DNA of 62,317 nucleotides, counting the filler, from Circinaria calcarea (taxonomy: Eukaryota): the NCBI GenBank assembly GCA_051942165.1. It is 9 parts of 9 records of this genome, joined end to end, with 100 filler letters (N's around TTAATTAATTAA, not from the genome) between each part and the next. Parts side by side here need not be neighbours in the genome. Positions count along the whole stretch, not along the records: positions 34,706 to 41,537 come from JAVECS010001479.1; positions 41,638 to 48,469 come from JAVECS010001480.1; 7 more parts are not named here. One strand, given 5' to 3'. The position numbers were made by a program, and so were the translations under genes. Numbering within the stretch: the stretch's first letter is position 1; each line of letters begins with the position of its first letter. Below are positions 35,067 to 48,569 of this stretch, piece by piece. The notes beneath the pieces are model-generated. The model searched no databases and was not told where the DNA came from. It worked only from the letters and a program-made list of their open reading frames with translations.

Positions 35067-37459
35067 TCACTGCGCCTTCTTCGCCTCCTCCGTCGGCGCC
35101 ATCCTGTCAATCAAATGCAAGCCCACCTTGACAGACTCCTCCCATCCCCTCTGCCTCGACCAAAAGTGATCCTGCGGTCCCCGATTATGCAAGCTTCCCA
35201 ACCTCGCATCCTCCTCGAGCGACGTCCTCGTAATCTTCTCATCTGCATGACTAGGGGGCAACTCCAACGCATCCTCACCGAGAGACTCCTGGAGGTACCG
35301 TTTTCGCACCATAAAACGCTCCGCTCGTTCCTTTTGCATGCCTGGGGAATCCAACTTGGAAATGGCAAGGCGTACGGCCATGCGGACAAGGAAATATGCA
35401 TGCTCGGAGAAGAAGATGGTGAGGAGGAGAGCCCAGCCTTTGATGGTCGTGGGGGTACCGTCGGGGCCGAGGCCGTCGTTGCTGAAGAGGTAAACTAGTG
35501 CTGCAGTGGTGACGCTGCCCAACCAGGTGAGAAAGCCCAAGCTATCGAGCCACGGCCCAATACTATCGACACGCTGTGGTGTTGGACGCTGCATCCCGAC
35601 ACAGATCTTAACAGCATCAGAACGTAGCTCGATCCAATTGTTGATGATGAACGAGACGGGGGTCAGAGGCCAGACGACTGAGAACAGGGCCATGTAGCCA
35701 AATTGTACGACCATCTCCCTCAAATCACTGGTAACGTCATACACGTCAAGCTCGCCTTCGCTCCTTACTCTCGCAAGGAATTCGGCTTCTTCGGGAGGAT
35801 CGTTGACCGCAGCACCTGGGGCAGCCCCTCCTTTCTTAGCAGCGCGCTCAGTCTTCATCGCCTGGTACTTGATGAAGCCTTGCCTTTTCACGTAGGGCAT
35901 AATGGTCTCCAAAGCCAAGTTTACTATCTGAGCGGTCACAGTAAAGTAGATTACCTGTTTCCTTAGCCGAGAAGGGTTAATCTGGAAACCAACCTTTGGG
36001 GCCGTAAGCTGCTTCTCATTCTCGGCGAACGGTCTTGCAGTCAAGCTGAAGATGTCGAGGTACGGGACAATCATGCTGCCAAATGGTACATAGACAAATG
36101 CTGTCAGGAAGATGGGAAGGTAAGAAGTAATAAAGTTTAGGATAAAAATCTTTTGCGTCATAGCGGACTCGTAACTCTCGGTCGTCTCCCAATTCTCAAA
36201 ATCATTGAGGCGTGTTGCGATGCCAGTCAAAAATGTCGTCAACATGGGTACAAATGCGGTCAAGAGCCCGGTAGGAAGGAACACCTAAGAAAGTTAGCAA
36301 TTTGGATCTGTTGATACATTCTAGTTCCCATACCAAGACACTCTTAAGCGGTCCGTTATAAACCTCGGACAGAAATATCTCAATCCCAAAGCAAACAGCG
36401 ATCAAGGAACCTAAAGCTAAAGATGCCAAGATCGCAAATGGGACTGTCAGAGCTTGTCGAGCGAGTCGTTTTGTCGCTGGAAACACTTGCACCGTCTCCC
36501 CAGTGATGGGGTCTTTCATTTCCTTCTCATGCTGGAACTCTCTCCTCTTTTGGTGGATTGCCGACACACCTTTAACACCCCAACGTACTCCAAGATCGAC
36601 TTCTTGTCGTTTCCAATATTCAACAAAGGTAACGCACCACAAGCCATTAACTATGGCGTAGATGGGAGAAAAGTGCCCAAGGATTACCCATGAAGAAAAC
36701 CCGAATGCGGCCGGAAACACCAGGAACGCAAAGTACGATTGCGTAAATGCAAAGTAGAAGGCGATCTAAGAGAAGGGGGGGTTTAGAAGAAATCTTCCTC
36801 TGATACTCGGCGTAACTTACCTTCTCACCCAAGCGATCCCTGATCTCATCTAGATCCTCAATCTTGAGGAACGTTGTAGTGCTCCACTTCTGAATCCACT
36901 CTTTATTGAAAGCCTTATCGTGTAGGGGAAATATGGATTCCACATGCTTCCATTCTCCTTGCTTTGGTGTTATGCCAGCACCACCCTCCTCTCGAGGACC
37001 GGTGATCATATGGTGAATTATACGATATCGTTCGGCCTCCGTCATGGGTTGACTCGTGATTGAGCTGTGAGCCTCTCTGTCAGGTTGGGCGAATCGGACC
37101 CCATATAGCCAGTCCTTGACTCTGCAGGTGGATCAACCACTATTCTCCATTGAAATGGTTTCATTCTCTGTCATACCTGGATCTGTAGACCTCATTGTTG
37201 AAACGCCTATCGTTGTTTGCTTTGACGAGTACGAGTACGCAACAGTTATCCCCACTGCGAACCTCGATGGTCAAGCCCAGCCGGGCCAAAGCCTGAATGA
37301 GCTTTTCAAAGCCGGCCTGTGCTTCGGTCTTGCCTAATTGAACCTCAGTACTCGTAGAGAAATGTTAGATCTTAGAGTTGCTTTACTCGTGTCCGTAAAG
37401 CGGTATGTAATCACATAGTCAACGTCCATATTGGAGTGCAGGGTGTTGTGGTGAGCCAT
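35067..37459 (-). CDS. IST2: Anoctamin/TMEM16-family lipid scramblase/channel (Ist2-like)
   Basis: MAHHNTLHSNMDVDYVITYRF, TEAERYRIIH, SIFPLHD, IRDRLGEK, EYWKRQE, NFITSYLP, DLREMVVQFGY, NNWIELRSDA, RVDSIGPW. Confidence 0.92.
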
Positions 37460-37844
37460 TTTAGCTCGCTCGTTGGTGAGCCTGGTTTGTCTATAACAAT
37501 GCCGCTTTAGGCCCGAGAAATGTATCTGATATCAATTCAACATCACCCAGACCCCTGATGATGTTTATGTATCCTATCTCTTGCGCTAAGCTGCCCTCGG
37601 AGAACTTGGAAGCGTGTAGCCAAAACGTCATATCAGGCGTGGAAAACAAGGATTCACGTCCGCCAAGCCGAGCCCTAATGCGGAGCCAATCCTTACGCGT
37701 AAGGCTTATCTTATCGATACGGGAAACATTGGGATTTAAATTATTCTTCACCCATAGGATGACCAACTTCGCAATTGACCACTCAATTGTGATTATTGAG
37801 GGATGATCACGCACTGTCTTTGCGACATTGGTAATCCTTCCGCG

Positions 37845-38819
37845 ATGCTCTCCATTTTTTCCCCAGCCCCGCCCTCCTCTCTCTTCGAACCACCTTCTCT
37901 ACATTACCAACTTCTCAATTCCCCTCTTACCTTCCTGGTCCGCCATATCCATGCCTTCCTTGTCTCCCTCCGCGGCGCACCCTTCAGATCCCCAGCGTCA
38001 GCACCCCTCATCCATCTCGTCTGTATCTCCGACACTCACACCCATAAACCCGATTCGCTCCCTTCAGGCGATGTACTCATCCATGCCGGAGACCTCACCA
38101 ATTCAGGTAATGCCGCCGACATACAAGAACAGATAAATTGGATCAATTCCCTCCCCCACAAGCATAAGGCTGTCATCGCGGGGAATCATGACAGCTACCT
38201 GGATCCTCGGTCTCGCCATGAGCCCGACAGATCTAAATCCCTAGACTGGGGCAAGATCCACTACCTCCAGCACTCAAGCCTTACCCTAAGATTTCCAGAT
38301 CGGGGCGATCGCCAATTGATCATCTATGGGGCGCCCCAAATCCCAGCTTGTGGAGGGCCAGAGTTCGCTTTTCAGTACCTGAGGGAAAAGGATGCGTGGT
38401 CAGGTACCATCCCATTAGATACAGATATTCTAGTTACACATACACCCCCCAGATTTCATCTGGATCTACCCTGGGGAATGGGTTGTGGTTATTTGCTGAG
38501 AGAGGTGTGGAGGGTAAGACCCAAGGTACACGTGTTCGGACATGTGCACGCTGGATATGGAATAGAAAATGTCTTCTGGGATAAGGGTCAAATAGCCTAC
38601 GAGAGGCTTTGTAACAAGGGGGCCCGTGGCCTAATCAGAAGTTTTCTAGGAGTGCGGATGTGGGTAGACGCGGCAAGAGTAATATGGTACGGAGTTCTCG
38701 GCATACTGTGGGTAAGGGTTTGGGGAGCTGAAAGTGAGGGGACTGTGATGGTCAACGCCGCACTATCCTACAGAAGCACCGGAGAACTTGGAAACCTCCC
38801 TCAAATGATTGGCATATAA
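37845..38819 (+). CDS. Calcineurin-like metallophosphoesterase (MPPED/239FB-like)
   Basis: VCISDTH, IHAGDLT, IAGNHD, THTPP and HVFGHVH metal-binding motifs. Confidence 0.9.
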   Translation: MLSIFSPAPPSSLFEPPSLHYQLLNSPLTFLVRHIHAFLVSLRGAPFRSPASAPLIHLVCISDTHTHKPDSLPSGDVLIHAGDLTNSGNAADIQEQINWINSLPHKHKAVIAGNHDSYLDPRSRHEPDRSKSLDWGKIHYLQHSSLTLRFPDRGDRQLIIYGAPQIPACGGPEFAFQYLREKDAWSGTIPLDTDILVTHTPPRFHLDLPWGMGCGYLLREVWRVRPKVHVFGHVHAGYGIENVFWDKGQIAYERLCNKGARGLIRSFLGVRMWVDAARVIWYGVLGILWVRVWGAESEGTVMVNAALSYRSTGELGNLPQMIGI

Positions 38820-38925
38820 TCATCGGTAAAGTATGGAGATGAATACATTCCATGTACAATCGTCAAACGCTGCCAGATACAAGTCCAAAAAGAAAAACTC
38901 GTTACCACTTTGGCGGATGTTATAT

Positions 38926-40554
38926 TTACAGTTTCGCCTTCTCAGCCGGTGATACGAGAGGGTCATAAATCCCCAATCCCAATGTATCCATCGGTACAGA
39001 TGTCGAATGTAGACTCAGACCTCGAGTATTTACAAGAGTGGGGTTGAGCTGACTTACATTCGAGCATCCGATCAGCCGCATGTTCATCTCCATCTCGTCC
39101 TTCAGCAGTTGCATGGCACGATCCACACCGGGTAGACCATACGCACTCATAGCGTACAGGAAAGGTCGGCCAATACCCACACCTTTGGCCCCCAAGCAAA
39201 GTGCTTTGATGATATCGGTAGCTCGTCGAATCCCACCGTCGATATATATCTCAATTCGGTCCTCCCATCCGCGCTCGCGCAAGACGGGCATAACCTCTGC
39301 CAGTACTTCGATGCCAGATCTTGCGAAGTCAAGCTGGCGACCCCCATGGTTGGACAAGACCACACCATGGACTCCAACTTCGATGGCTCTGATGACATCC
39401 TCAACTCTTTGAACACCTTTAAGAAGTATGGGCATCTTGGTAATGCTCAAGAACCAAGGAATGTCCTTCCAGCTCAGCGATGGGTCAATGAAAGATGAAA
39501 TTGCACGCGCCGCGCCTTGCGATCGGTCGACGTTGTCACCGCCGGCTTTTTGGACGTTTGATCCAACGTCGGAGAATTTACTTCGCATGTCCTTTTCGCG
39601 GCGACCAAGTTGAGGAGCGTCAACGGTTATGAAAAGACCTTTGCAACCTCGCTTCTCGGCATGTTCTACAATGCGCTTGGTAATCGCGCGATCTTTGTTA
39701 ATGTAAAGCTGAAGCCATTGGGTTTGGTCTCCCGCCCTCGCGTCCACTATCTCATCGAACGAGCAACTGGCGAGTGTGGGAATCATCTGTATGACATTGT
39801 GCTTCTTTGCACCTCTAGTCAAGATCACTTCGCCTTCCGGGTTACCCAATTTACCAAGTGCGGTAGCAGTAACGTAGAATGGTATATCGACCTTAGTCCC
39901 GAGCATTTTCGTTGATAGGTCAATCTTTTCAACGTCCACTAGTATCCTCGGTCGAAACCAGATTTTGTGAAAGGCGGAGTGGTTCTCTCGCATTGTCTGT
40001 AAGCTGCATATTAGCTTGATCTACAGTGTATCACCAGGGTGATAGATTAACGTACTATCTCGTCATCTGCGCCACTTGAGTAATACGCCCATGCTGTCCT
40101 CTTCATCACACGTCTAGCCACGGCCTCAAAGTCCATTAGGTTGTAGCATTGTTCCAGTATCGGCATTCTCTTTATTCGTTCTTGCCTTTCCTCTTCATCC
40201 GGATCCTCCTCTTGCTGCTCCTTTTTGATAGTATCCATGTTGACCTCGCCAAGATGCTTAGACCTGTCAAGGAACTTGTCGAGGGTGTCAGGAGGATGTA
40301 TTGGGTCATATGTTTCTGTCGCGTCTTTCCCAGCGTATTTGAGAATGATGTTGGGTCCACCTTTGGAAAGAGTAAGCGGTCTTATTGACAAAGCAGTTTC
40401 GGCTCTACCTACCGGGATGTTCTGGCATGAAATCCGTGACATCGTAAGCTTTTCCGTGTATTATAACCCAGCAATCGTCCCTGCTGTTGTGTTTCGCCAC
40501 TTCCTCGCCATGGAGCTTTTGCTCCTTAGGACGCTTCTGAGGTTCATGGTTCAT
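38926..40554 (-). CDS. CYB2: Flavocytochrome b2 (L-lactate/alpha-hydroxy acid dehydrogenase) with C-terminal PTS1
   Basis: Cytochrome b5 domain ([26 protein letters not shown]), FMN domain ([39 protein letters not shown]). Ends in -AKL*. Confidence 0.92.
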
Positions 40555-41322
40555 CTTGGTACGATGTTTATCTAGCAGTGCCACCGAACGCCCTTGTATT
40601 GTAAATTCAAGCCCTGGGTCAATAGGTTCGAGGGGCGATAAGTATGTTGAAATTGATAGACTACCACCCTTTTCTAGGTATCAATAATGAAACTAAGATT
40701 ACTAGACAAAAAGGTATATACTAAACGACAATTTAAATAAACAAGGAAATATTTCCCATCAGACCGGACAAGAGGAAACAATGACAACGATAAGGGATAT
40801 GACTATCCACGGTACAGAAGCTAAAGCGGATGGTGAACCTTAGGGTGTGCGGAGAGAAAAATTGTGGGGTTGGGGGAATCGGGCGGGGGCAGCACATGCA
40901 GCACGCATGGAAAACCTGCAGGCCGGGTCTAGAATCGCCCGTTCGCAGCTCCAATGAATATAAACCGTGTTTTGAGTGTTGGTGTTCTTATCCGTCCTCA
41001 ATCGTCCTCAATCGACCACGTTGGAGTAGATTAAGTCAACGGTCTCTTCCACAAAAGGGCCGAGCTTGATCCCGGACAAAACAATGACGAAATTCAGAAA
41101 CGCGGCGAATTGCCTCACAAGGCGCGAAACTTACTGCCGGGCCATGCCTCATTAACAAGAAACAACGGAGCTACAAGAAGTCGTTACAGTCGTGTTTTGG
41201 CAAGGGCCGAGATCATCTGTGTATTTTCACCTATTAAAAGGGCGTATTGTGTCTTTGTCGTGATGCAGGTCTAAATCGCTTGCATATTCCCAACCTCCAG
41301 ACACCCTTGATCACTCCTGACA

Positions 41323-41537
41323 ATGTCCAATAATCTTGAAGCCAAGATTTGCGTTCTTGGCGCGCAAGGTATTATCTGCCTGTTCCAGATTCACAGGAAA
41401 TGGGTGTGGGCTAATGCGCTCTGCTTCACAGGTGTGGGCAAAACCTCTCTTGTTCAGCGCTACGTCAAAGGGTCGTTCAGCCCGGCGACAACTACATCAA
41501 CTATTGGAGCATCATTTTTGACGAAGCGTGTCCTGGA
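41323..41537 (+). CDS. Rab-family small GTPase (Rab5/Rab21-like), 5' fragment
   Basis: LEAKICVLGAQG / VGKTSLVQRY...STIGASFLTKRV (P-loop and Rab5-type switch I). Confidence 0.85.
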
Positions 41538-41637
41538 NNNNNNNNNNNNNNNNNNNNNNNNNNNNNNNNNNNNNNNNNNNNTTAATTAATTAANNNNNNN
41601 NNNNNNNNNNNNNNNNNNNNNNNNNNNNNNNNNNNNN

Positions 41638-41748
41638 ATCACGTTCGTAGAGGATGGTGTGAATAGCAACCGTGAGGAACTCGCTGAAGGTTGACACGAG
41701 AGCTTGGTACGTGTCTAGAACTGGCTTGCCGTGGCTGTAGCTTGACAT
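41638..41748 (-). CDS. REV7: Rev7 (HORMA, DNA polymerase zeta subunit), 5' fragment
   Basis: MSSYSHGKPVLDTYQALVSTFSEFLTVAIHTILYERD matches the Rev7 N-terminal helix motif FLTVAIHTILYER. Confidence 0.75.
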
Positions 41749-42096
41749 TGTGAAACGGGGCTCTTCTTCTCTAACTGAAGCCTTTGAATCTCACAGATAT
41801 CCATCATCCCCGGATATTGTAGGCAGGGCTTTTGCCAACGGCTATTCGCGGCTCCTGGACACGTGTATGTAAGTGTGGCCTACTGCTGCGGTAAAGCTTA
41901 AAGATAGAAGCGCGTCTTCCAACGCCCCGTCCGATAAGGGTACCCAGCCACACGTCAACACACACACCCACACAAGAGCTTCGTCGGTTCCGTGTAACTC
42001 CAACTCTTCCCTACTGAGGAACTATCCTCTTAACCCACCACCACATCTCTTCTCGGACTTTCTAGCCACTTCAAAACCCCTCCCTCGGCCGCCAAC

Positions 42097-45000
42097 ATGG
42101 AGGAACATGTCTTGGCTCTCTTGTCTGCCACCCAATTGCCAGAAGCCAGCCCCCGGAAGGATGCAGAGTCCCAGTTAGAGCAGCTTCACACTAACGAGCA
42201 GTTCCCCTGCGCCCTAGTCTCCATCGCTTCACACCACTTAGTGGCGACTAACAACCGTCAAGCCGCCTTGAATCTTTTGAAGATCTTCGTCCAAAGGTCG
42301 TGGTCCGAGTCGCTTCTGGGATTCCATGGCCAGGTCCGGGTCAACGACACCATCAAGGACGAGATTCGACGCAAAGTCTATGCCATTGTCATTGATGAAG
42401 ACGCCGATCCCAAGGTCACTGCGGCTGCCAGCGCCGTCGTCAGCAAGATTGCCAGTGTCGACTACCCCGACGCGTGGCCCGATCTACTCTCCAATCTTTT
42501 ATCACAAGCACCTCGTTCCAATGATGGCCAGCTCCATGGCATTCTCACCGTTCTCGTCGAACTACTTCAAGATGCGCTGGATGAGACTGCCTATGCTGCC
42601 AATTCCAAGGAGTTGCTGACCTGCTTGCACAACATCGCCGTCGATGATGCAAGGAAACCCACTCTCCGGGCCTTGGCTGTGCTAGTCTTTCGATCATGCT
42701 TTGATACCATCGAGATGATCAAGCAGGGGGACAAGTCGACGGCCCGTCAGCTGACCCAGGACGCACTCGACATGTGGCTGCCGTTCCTCGTCGGATATCT
42801 GAAGCTCGAAATGCCTGCAACACCAAGCAAAGCGGATGAAGATGAGGGTACCCCAGTAGCGTCAACATGGCGCGGGGTGATCATGCTAAAGATTCGGGTC
42901 ATCTCGGTAAGCCCTCTACTGAGAGAGTAGTGAACGCAGTGAATGTGGAGCTAACAAGCTGTAGGTATTGGCGAGAATCCAGAATCTGTTTCCGTCTCTG
43001 CTAGGCTCTTATGCATGGGATCTGTTCATCACAGCGTGGGAATGCTTGCGGGCCCATGCTCAAACATATCGTGCTCTGTATACAGAAGCCGATGACAGGC
43101 AAGGTAAACTGACCGACTCGAATAACTTGCAGTATACCTTTGACTTCCTGACGCTCGAGGAGCTCGACTACCTACATGGCTTGCTGAATGCCCCTCAGGT
43201 AAAGAAAGGGTTGAGCTCGCAGTGGGAATCACTCGGAGAGGCCAATCAGTACACCGAAGCAAGCTGGATTGTGCAAGTCCTCAGTAATCTCGTCGACTAT
43301 GCGTGCATCACGGCAGAAGATGAGGTCATGTGGGAGATGGACATCAACATCTTTCTTGTAGAAGAAACGTCAGCCACTGAGAATTACACCCATCGGGCTG
43401 CTTGTACGAGCTTTGCAAGACGCTTGTGCGGTTGGCTGCCACAGCAAACCTTGGGCAGTTTGCTGTTCTGCATGAAGACAGTCTTCGACAATGGAAACTC
43501 TGAGTATGACTTTCCGGTGAACTTTAATCGTAACAAGATGCTAATGACCCGAGTTTCAGCTGGAGAGTCAAGGAATCGGTCATGTTCCTGTTGCAGCAAG
43601 TCTTCGAAGAGATTTATTACGATCCTCTAGCTGAGGCGTCTAATCCGGACTTTGACAATGCTTGTCTTGATGTGTTTCGTGGAGTCTTCTCTGACGGTAA
43701 GTCTCTTGCGAGCCTATGGCACAGCTATCTATATCATACAGCTAATCTACATCTCCCAAGGTAACGATCTACTACGTGGCCGCGGTCATATTCTGGCTGG
43801 AACAATTATCACGTCGGCCGGGGGAGCTTTGCTAGGTACTGCCATCGAATCTGCTAAGCATTCTCTCAGCACATGTCAAAGCGATTCGAGCGAGATCGTC
43901 AAGCTTTGCTGTCTCCGAGCCATGCAAGACTACGTAAAGACTATACCCGTGCCAGAAGTCCTTGGGATTCAAAGAGAAACCATCAATGCCATCTCGACCG
44001 TTCTGCAGTCACAAGATCTCAACGATCTAGATAACTACGAGGAACTCACGGCAACGCTGGTAGAAACCCTCCGTGATGCGATCATCGCCGATGCAAAGTC
44101 AAGCTTGCAGCACCATGCTCTCACCGTGCTATTCACCATCATTCAATATAGCGCTAGCAGCCTACTCACGTCCGAGCTAGCAGAAGAGGCATTCAAAGCT
44201 ATTGTTGAGGTGATGTCCGACGAAGGCGAAGTCGCATATGCAGAGCTATGCACAAACGTACTACCAACCCTAATGGGGGCACTGGACGTCGCAGGAATGA
44301 CGTCGAAAGAAGACCTTGGTCTAATTGCTATGAGTATGCTTGTTCTGCTCACCGAACATAATCATGATCGGCTGCCTGAGGGCTTCGTGTCCGTTGTCAT
44401 GCCAAAGATTTGTCGGATCCTGTTCACCGATACCGCTTCAGAACTACACGAGAAAGCAACAGTCATCATTCAGCTCATGTTATTTCATGATGCACAGCAG
44501 GTATTCTCATGGCAAGATCCTCAGATTGGGAAAGGCGGGCTAGAGATGATTCTGCTCATAATCGAGCGTCTCCTTGGCCCTCAAGTCGACGATGCGTCAG
44601 CAGCAGAGGTTGGGAGTTTGGCTGTTGAGCTTGTCGAAAAGGCGGATCCCGAGAGCCTCCGTCCACTGATGCCTAGTCTGCTCAACGTCACGGCATTTCG
44701 CCTCACGACTGCCACCCACGAGCCTTTGATACAGAGTCTGACACTCATTTTTGCGCATCTGGCTGTAGTGGATGCGCAACAGTTGCTCGACTTTCTCTCA
44801 ATCACTCAAATCCAGGGTCACGACCAAGGTAGCGGCTTGGAGGCTGTGATGCGCCGATGGCTTGAAAGCTCGATTTACTTTGTTGGTGCGAAAAACATTC
44901 GACAGAACATCCTAGCGTTGGCAAACATCTACAAGCTTCACGATGCTAGACTATCAAACATCTACGTCCAAGGTGATTTGATTGTCGAGAATACCTCCCG

Positions 45001-45524
45001 CATCAAGACTCGTTCGATGGCCAAGAAAGAACCGGACCAATACCAGATGATTACCGTACAGATGAAGATCCTAAAGGTCCTGGTCTCAGAAATTCCGCCA
45101 GATCCGTCCCCTGGTTCAGGCTCGCTGAAGCACACCAAGTTCCGCGATTCTTACAAGGGACAGGAAAACGATAGCGACGAGGAAGATGGTGACGAGGATT
45201 GGGAGGATGACAACGACTTTCTGGATCTTGCTTCGGCATCTGTTCGCGAAGGCAAGTCGCGCTGGATCCCTTTTTCCCAGCTTCCCCCAAGCTGACTCGG
45301 TGATGACAGAACTCATGAACGGGAGCGTTACGCACTTCTCACGTGACTACAATAAAGAGACGCAGTCCCTTTTACTCGAGTTCTTCCGCCTGATTGCGCA
45401 GCAGCCGGAATTCCAGGCTCAATATCCCTTTCTCACTGAACAGGAGAAGCAGAAGCTCGAGGGACTGGAACGTACCTCGCAGGCAATGAATGGGTTCCAG
45501 CTTGATGCGGTTCACAGTACCTAA
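42097..45524 (+). CDS. KAP114: Importin-9/Kap114-like karyopherin beta
   Basis: Importin N-terminal domain (RKDAESQL..RQAAL..), KIASVDYPDAWPDLL, WEMDINIFLVEET, IERLLGP..DASAAEVG, VQGDLIVENTSRIKTRS and an acidic loop. Multi-exon. Confidence 0.85.
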
Positions 45525-46329
45525 GGGAAATGACCGCTATGATTCACGACGTTAACTCCTCATGATTTCAACGACGTAACGGGGCTGCATAGATGATACC
45601 TCCTCTACTTTGCGCAACATGAGATGCGTTGATTACCAGATTGTAATCCATACCTGCGCAAGCTCGGGAAGACAGGGGAGCAAAAGTGCAGATGGGCGTT
45701 TGCTTTGCTAGCGGTGCTTGATTGCCTCTGTGATACCCGTTTGCTACGGCGATATTGGATTCCAGGCGGCTCTCGTTGATGCACCATGTTCATGTGGTGT
45801 ACGTAGGGTGGTCATTGGCTCTTTCAGCAGATGTAAATAGAGGAGACTCGTTGCTCAAACTGGCAGATAGGTTAAAGCTGACGCATGGACCGTGCTTCAA
45901 TCAGGTGTGATGGTGATTCTGGTATATTGTGTACTTTGGGACGCTGTACGAAGCGAGTCGGGAAGATATGCCTGAGGTAAGGGACAACACTCGTGAAACG
46001 AAGGGGTGAGGCAGTTTTAGAATCCCGGGCCTTGGCGCATGGGCTATGCTGAATTGCGTACTCTAAATACATTGAGGGGTCCTGGTTCAGCTGTGATGGG
46101 TCTACAAGCATCATCGTGGCCACGAGGCATTCACGTATCAGTGATTGAGTCCGGTGATGGCGACCTTAGCGCTGATATGATAAAGCATGACCCTCCTCAA
46201 TACCAGGAATTCTACAATCATCTCACTTGGAGGGAATTGTTCACCTACCCTTCTAGCTGAACCCACCCCGCTCCGAGCAAGACTTCAGGACAAGGACCAT
46301 CAAGAGGTCGAGTAGAATACTTGTTCAAG

Positions 46330-48469
46330 ATGGGAACAGCTACCAAACTTCCCATATCTGGGCTATGCCTCGTTATACTAGGCTTGCTGATTCTGCACGC
46401 TTCCCCTGCCGCTGCGTTCGGCGCGGGGAACATAGGTGAGGGATGCTGAGCCTCGATGGAATACCGACCATTGACAGAAATCAGCATCGATCTCCAAGAT
46501 CGAAGGGCGTAACTGGCGTCATGGTGATATTGAGGATATGCTCAAGACCGTCGCCTTCCTCAAGGGTCATAAATGGACGTCCATGATGGTGAAGAGGGTA
46601 TACTTTGGCAATTGGCTACGGGACTACAGCCAGGCGGTGGATGTCGGGACATTAAAAGGTGTACAATCGGGAACAATTAGGATCCTGGTCTGGGTGCTCT
46701 CCTTCCTGAGCTTTGGGTATGCGACGGGAGAATTCGAGGTTACGGAAGAACGCTTGGGGGTTTATAGGCCAGAGGAGCACATTGACAATCCACGCGATTA
46801 CGCAGATAATGCCGACGCAAGGCAGTATGATCCAAGGCTACGACCGCCGGTGCAGCCTATTGAGCTTGAAATCGACCCTGAGACGGGCATGAAAAACTAT
46901 ATTGCCAATGAGAAGCTGGGCATCGCAACAAGCACTGGATATGTAAAGCATAGCTTTGCGAGGAGTATCCATTTCGGGCGGGTCTACACCAACGGTTCTG
47001 GAGGAACAAAGGGCAGAGATGCGGACCTCTGTGAAGCGTTGAGGTGTCTGGGACAAGCCTTGCATTGCATGGAGGACTTTGGGGCTCATTCAAACTATAC
47101 GGAACTTGCACTCCGGGAGCTGGGTTACAAGAGCGTATTTCCTCACACCGGGACTGCAACCGAGATCAATCTTCGCGGTCATCGGGTTTTCCCGCTTGTA
47201 ACGGGGACCTTTGGCGCGGTGGATTTTTTACATTCAGGTGAGTCGTTGGATATTCGGAATATGTTCAATATACAAGCGGATGTCCCTAATTGAGATTGCA
47301 GTACTGGGAGAGGCGACCGATCACTTTGCGCAGACAGAAATTGACGAATTAGATATTGCTCTGGGGGATTCCCAGGCGCAAACGAAGCGAACAGAGGACA
47401 GCGGTGCAAGATCATTTGGAGCACCAGGTGAGCAAGCATCTTACTTCACCGGGCTACTTTCCCAAGTACCAGGGGCCGGTCTACTGTGCAAACAAGCGGA
47501 ACAGCTTCAGGCACAGTCACTAGCACAGCAGCAAGCCGTGTCGTCAGGCAAAGACATGAATGACCCATATTATGGAAACACCCGCTCGTCCAAACCAGGG
47601 CCTGGCCTTCAGGCGTCACAGGGATTCCAAGCACCGCCAGGATCCATGGGCGGTCCTCCCGGCCCGGGAATACCAGGCATGAGTCCTACTTTCGACCCGG
47701 TGGAGACTGCCAAAAAGATTTATCCAATTCTCGAATTTCGTGACAAGGTGGTAAGGATAATCTCTGCCACAATTGAGAAAATCCCTGGTCTAGAGGCCTT
47801 GGTCGAAAAGATTACAGAGACCCTAACTCTGTTTATACTTTCCCTCCTAGCGCCATATATCCGGCCGATTATTAATGCAGTATCAAAGCAGCTCAAAGCA
47901 GGTAGCTCTTCTGTTGTTGATGCTAGTGGCAAGCATCAATACGAGCCTTGGACGGATCCCCATTGCACCGACCCGACACATTCTCTTCTTTCAAAAGATC
48001 ATTTTTCAAACGTGCTCAATGAGCCTGCTGGTCAGATCGCAGCAGCTATTCTTCAATACGTTGCACCTCGCGTCATATACGCCTGGCAGCACCCAGGTGT
48101 TCCGATTGACGAGGTCATGAACGACGTCACTCGTGCCTTTCACCATCCCGCCATTCGAGATTCACGCTGCGAAATTCATCGCAACATGTTTAGTGTCGTG
48201 GAGCGTTGGGCCCATGCTCAACCCAATCGCGGGGCCGATTTGAACAACATCCTTGGTTCTGAAGGTGTTCGTAAGGGCAAGAACCATACGGGGGGCACCG
48301 ATCAGGAAGCTCAAGGTCATGGAAGCCATAATCATGGAAGTCTCCCACCCATGGGAAATATCTTTGGTTCGGGTAGCCACAGCAAAGTCAGCGGTGCACC
48401 GTGGGATAAGTTGATGAAGCTAAGTCAGTCGACCGGTCTTACTTCGACCGGTCGTACTCGAGATACCAT
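46330..48469 (+). CDS. Het-C domain protein (3' truncated)
   Basis: Signal peptide, then AFGAGNI-ASISKIEGRNWRHGDIED, KRVYFGNWLRDYSQAVDVG, YRPEEHIDNP, LHCMEDFGAHSNY, LVTGTFG, DPTHSLLSKDHF. Confidence 0.93.
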
Positions 48470-48569
48470 NNNNNNNNNNNNNNNNNNNNNNNNNNNNNNN
48501 NNNNNNNNNNNNNTTAATTAATTAANNNNNNNNNNNNNNNNNNNNNNNNNNNNNNNNNNNNNNNNNNNN

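Noticed and set aside
7576..48469. Apparent defence island: caspase-like, SGT1, SPOK-like and Het-C genes in one window
   Set aside because: They are on four different, arbitrarily concatenated contigs, so there is no evidence of linkage.
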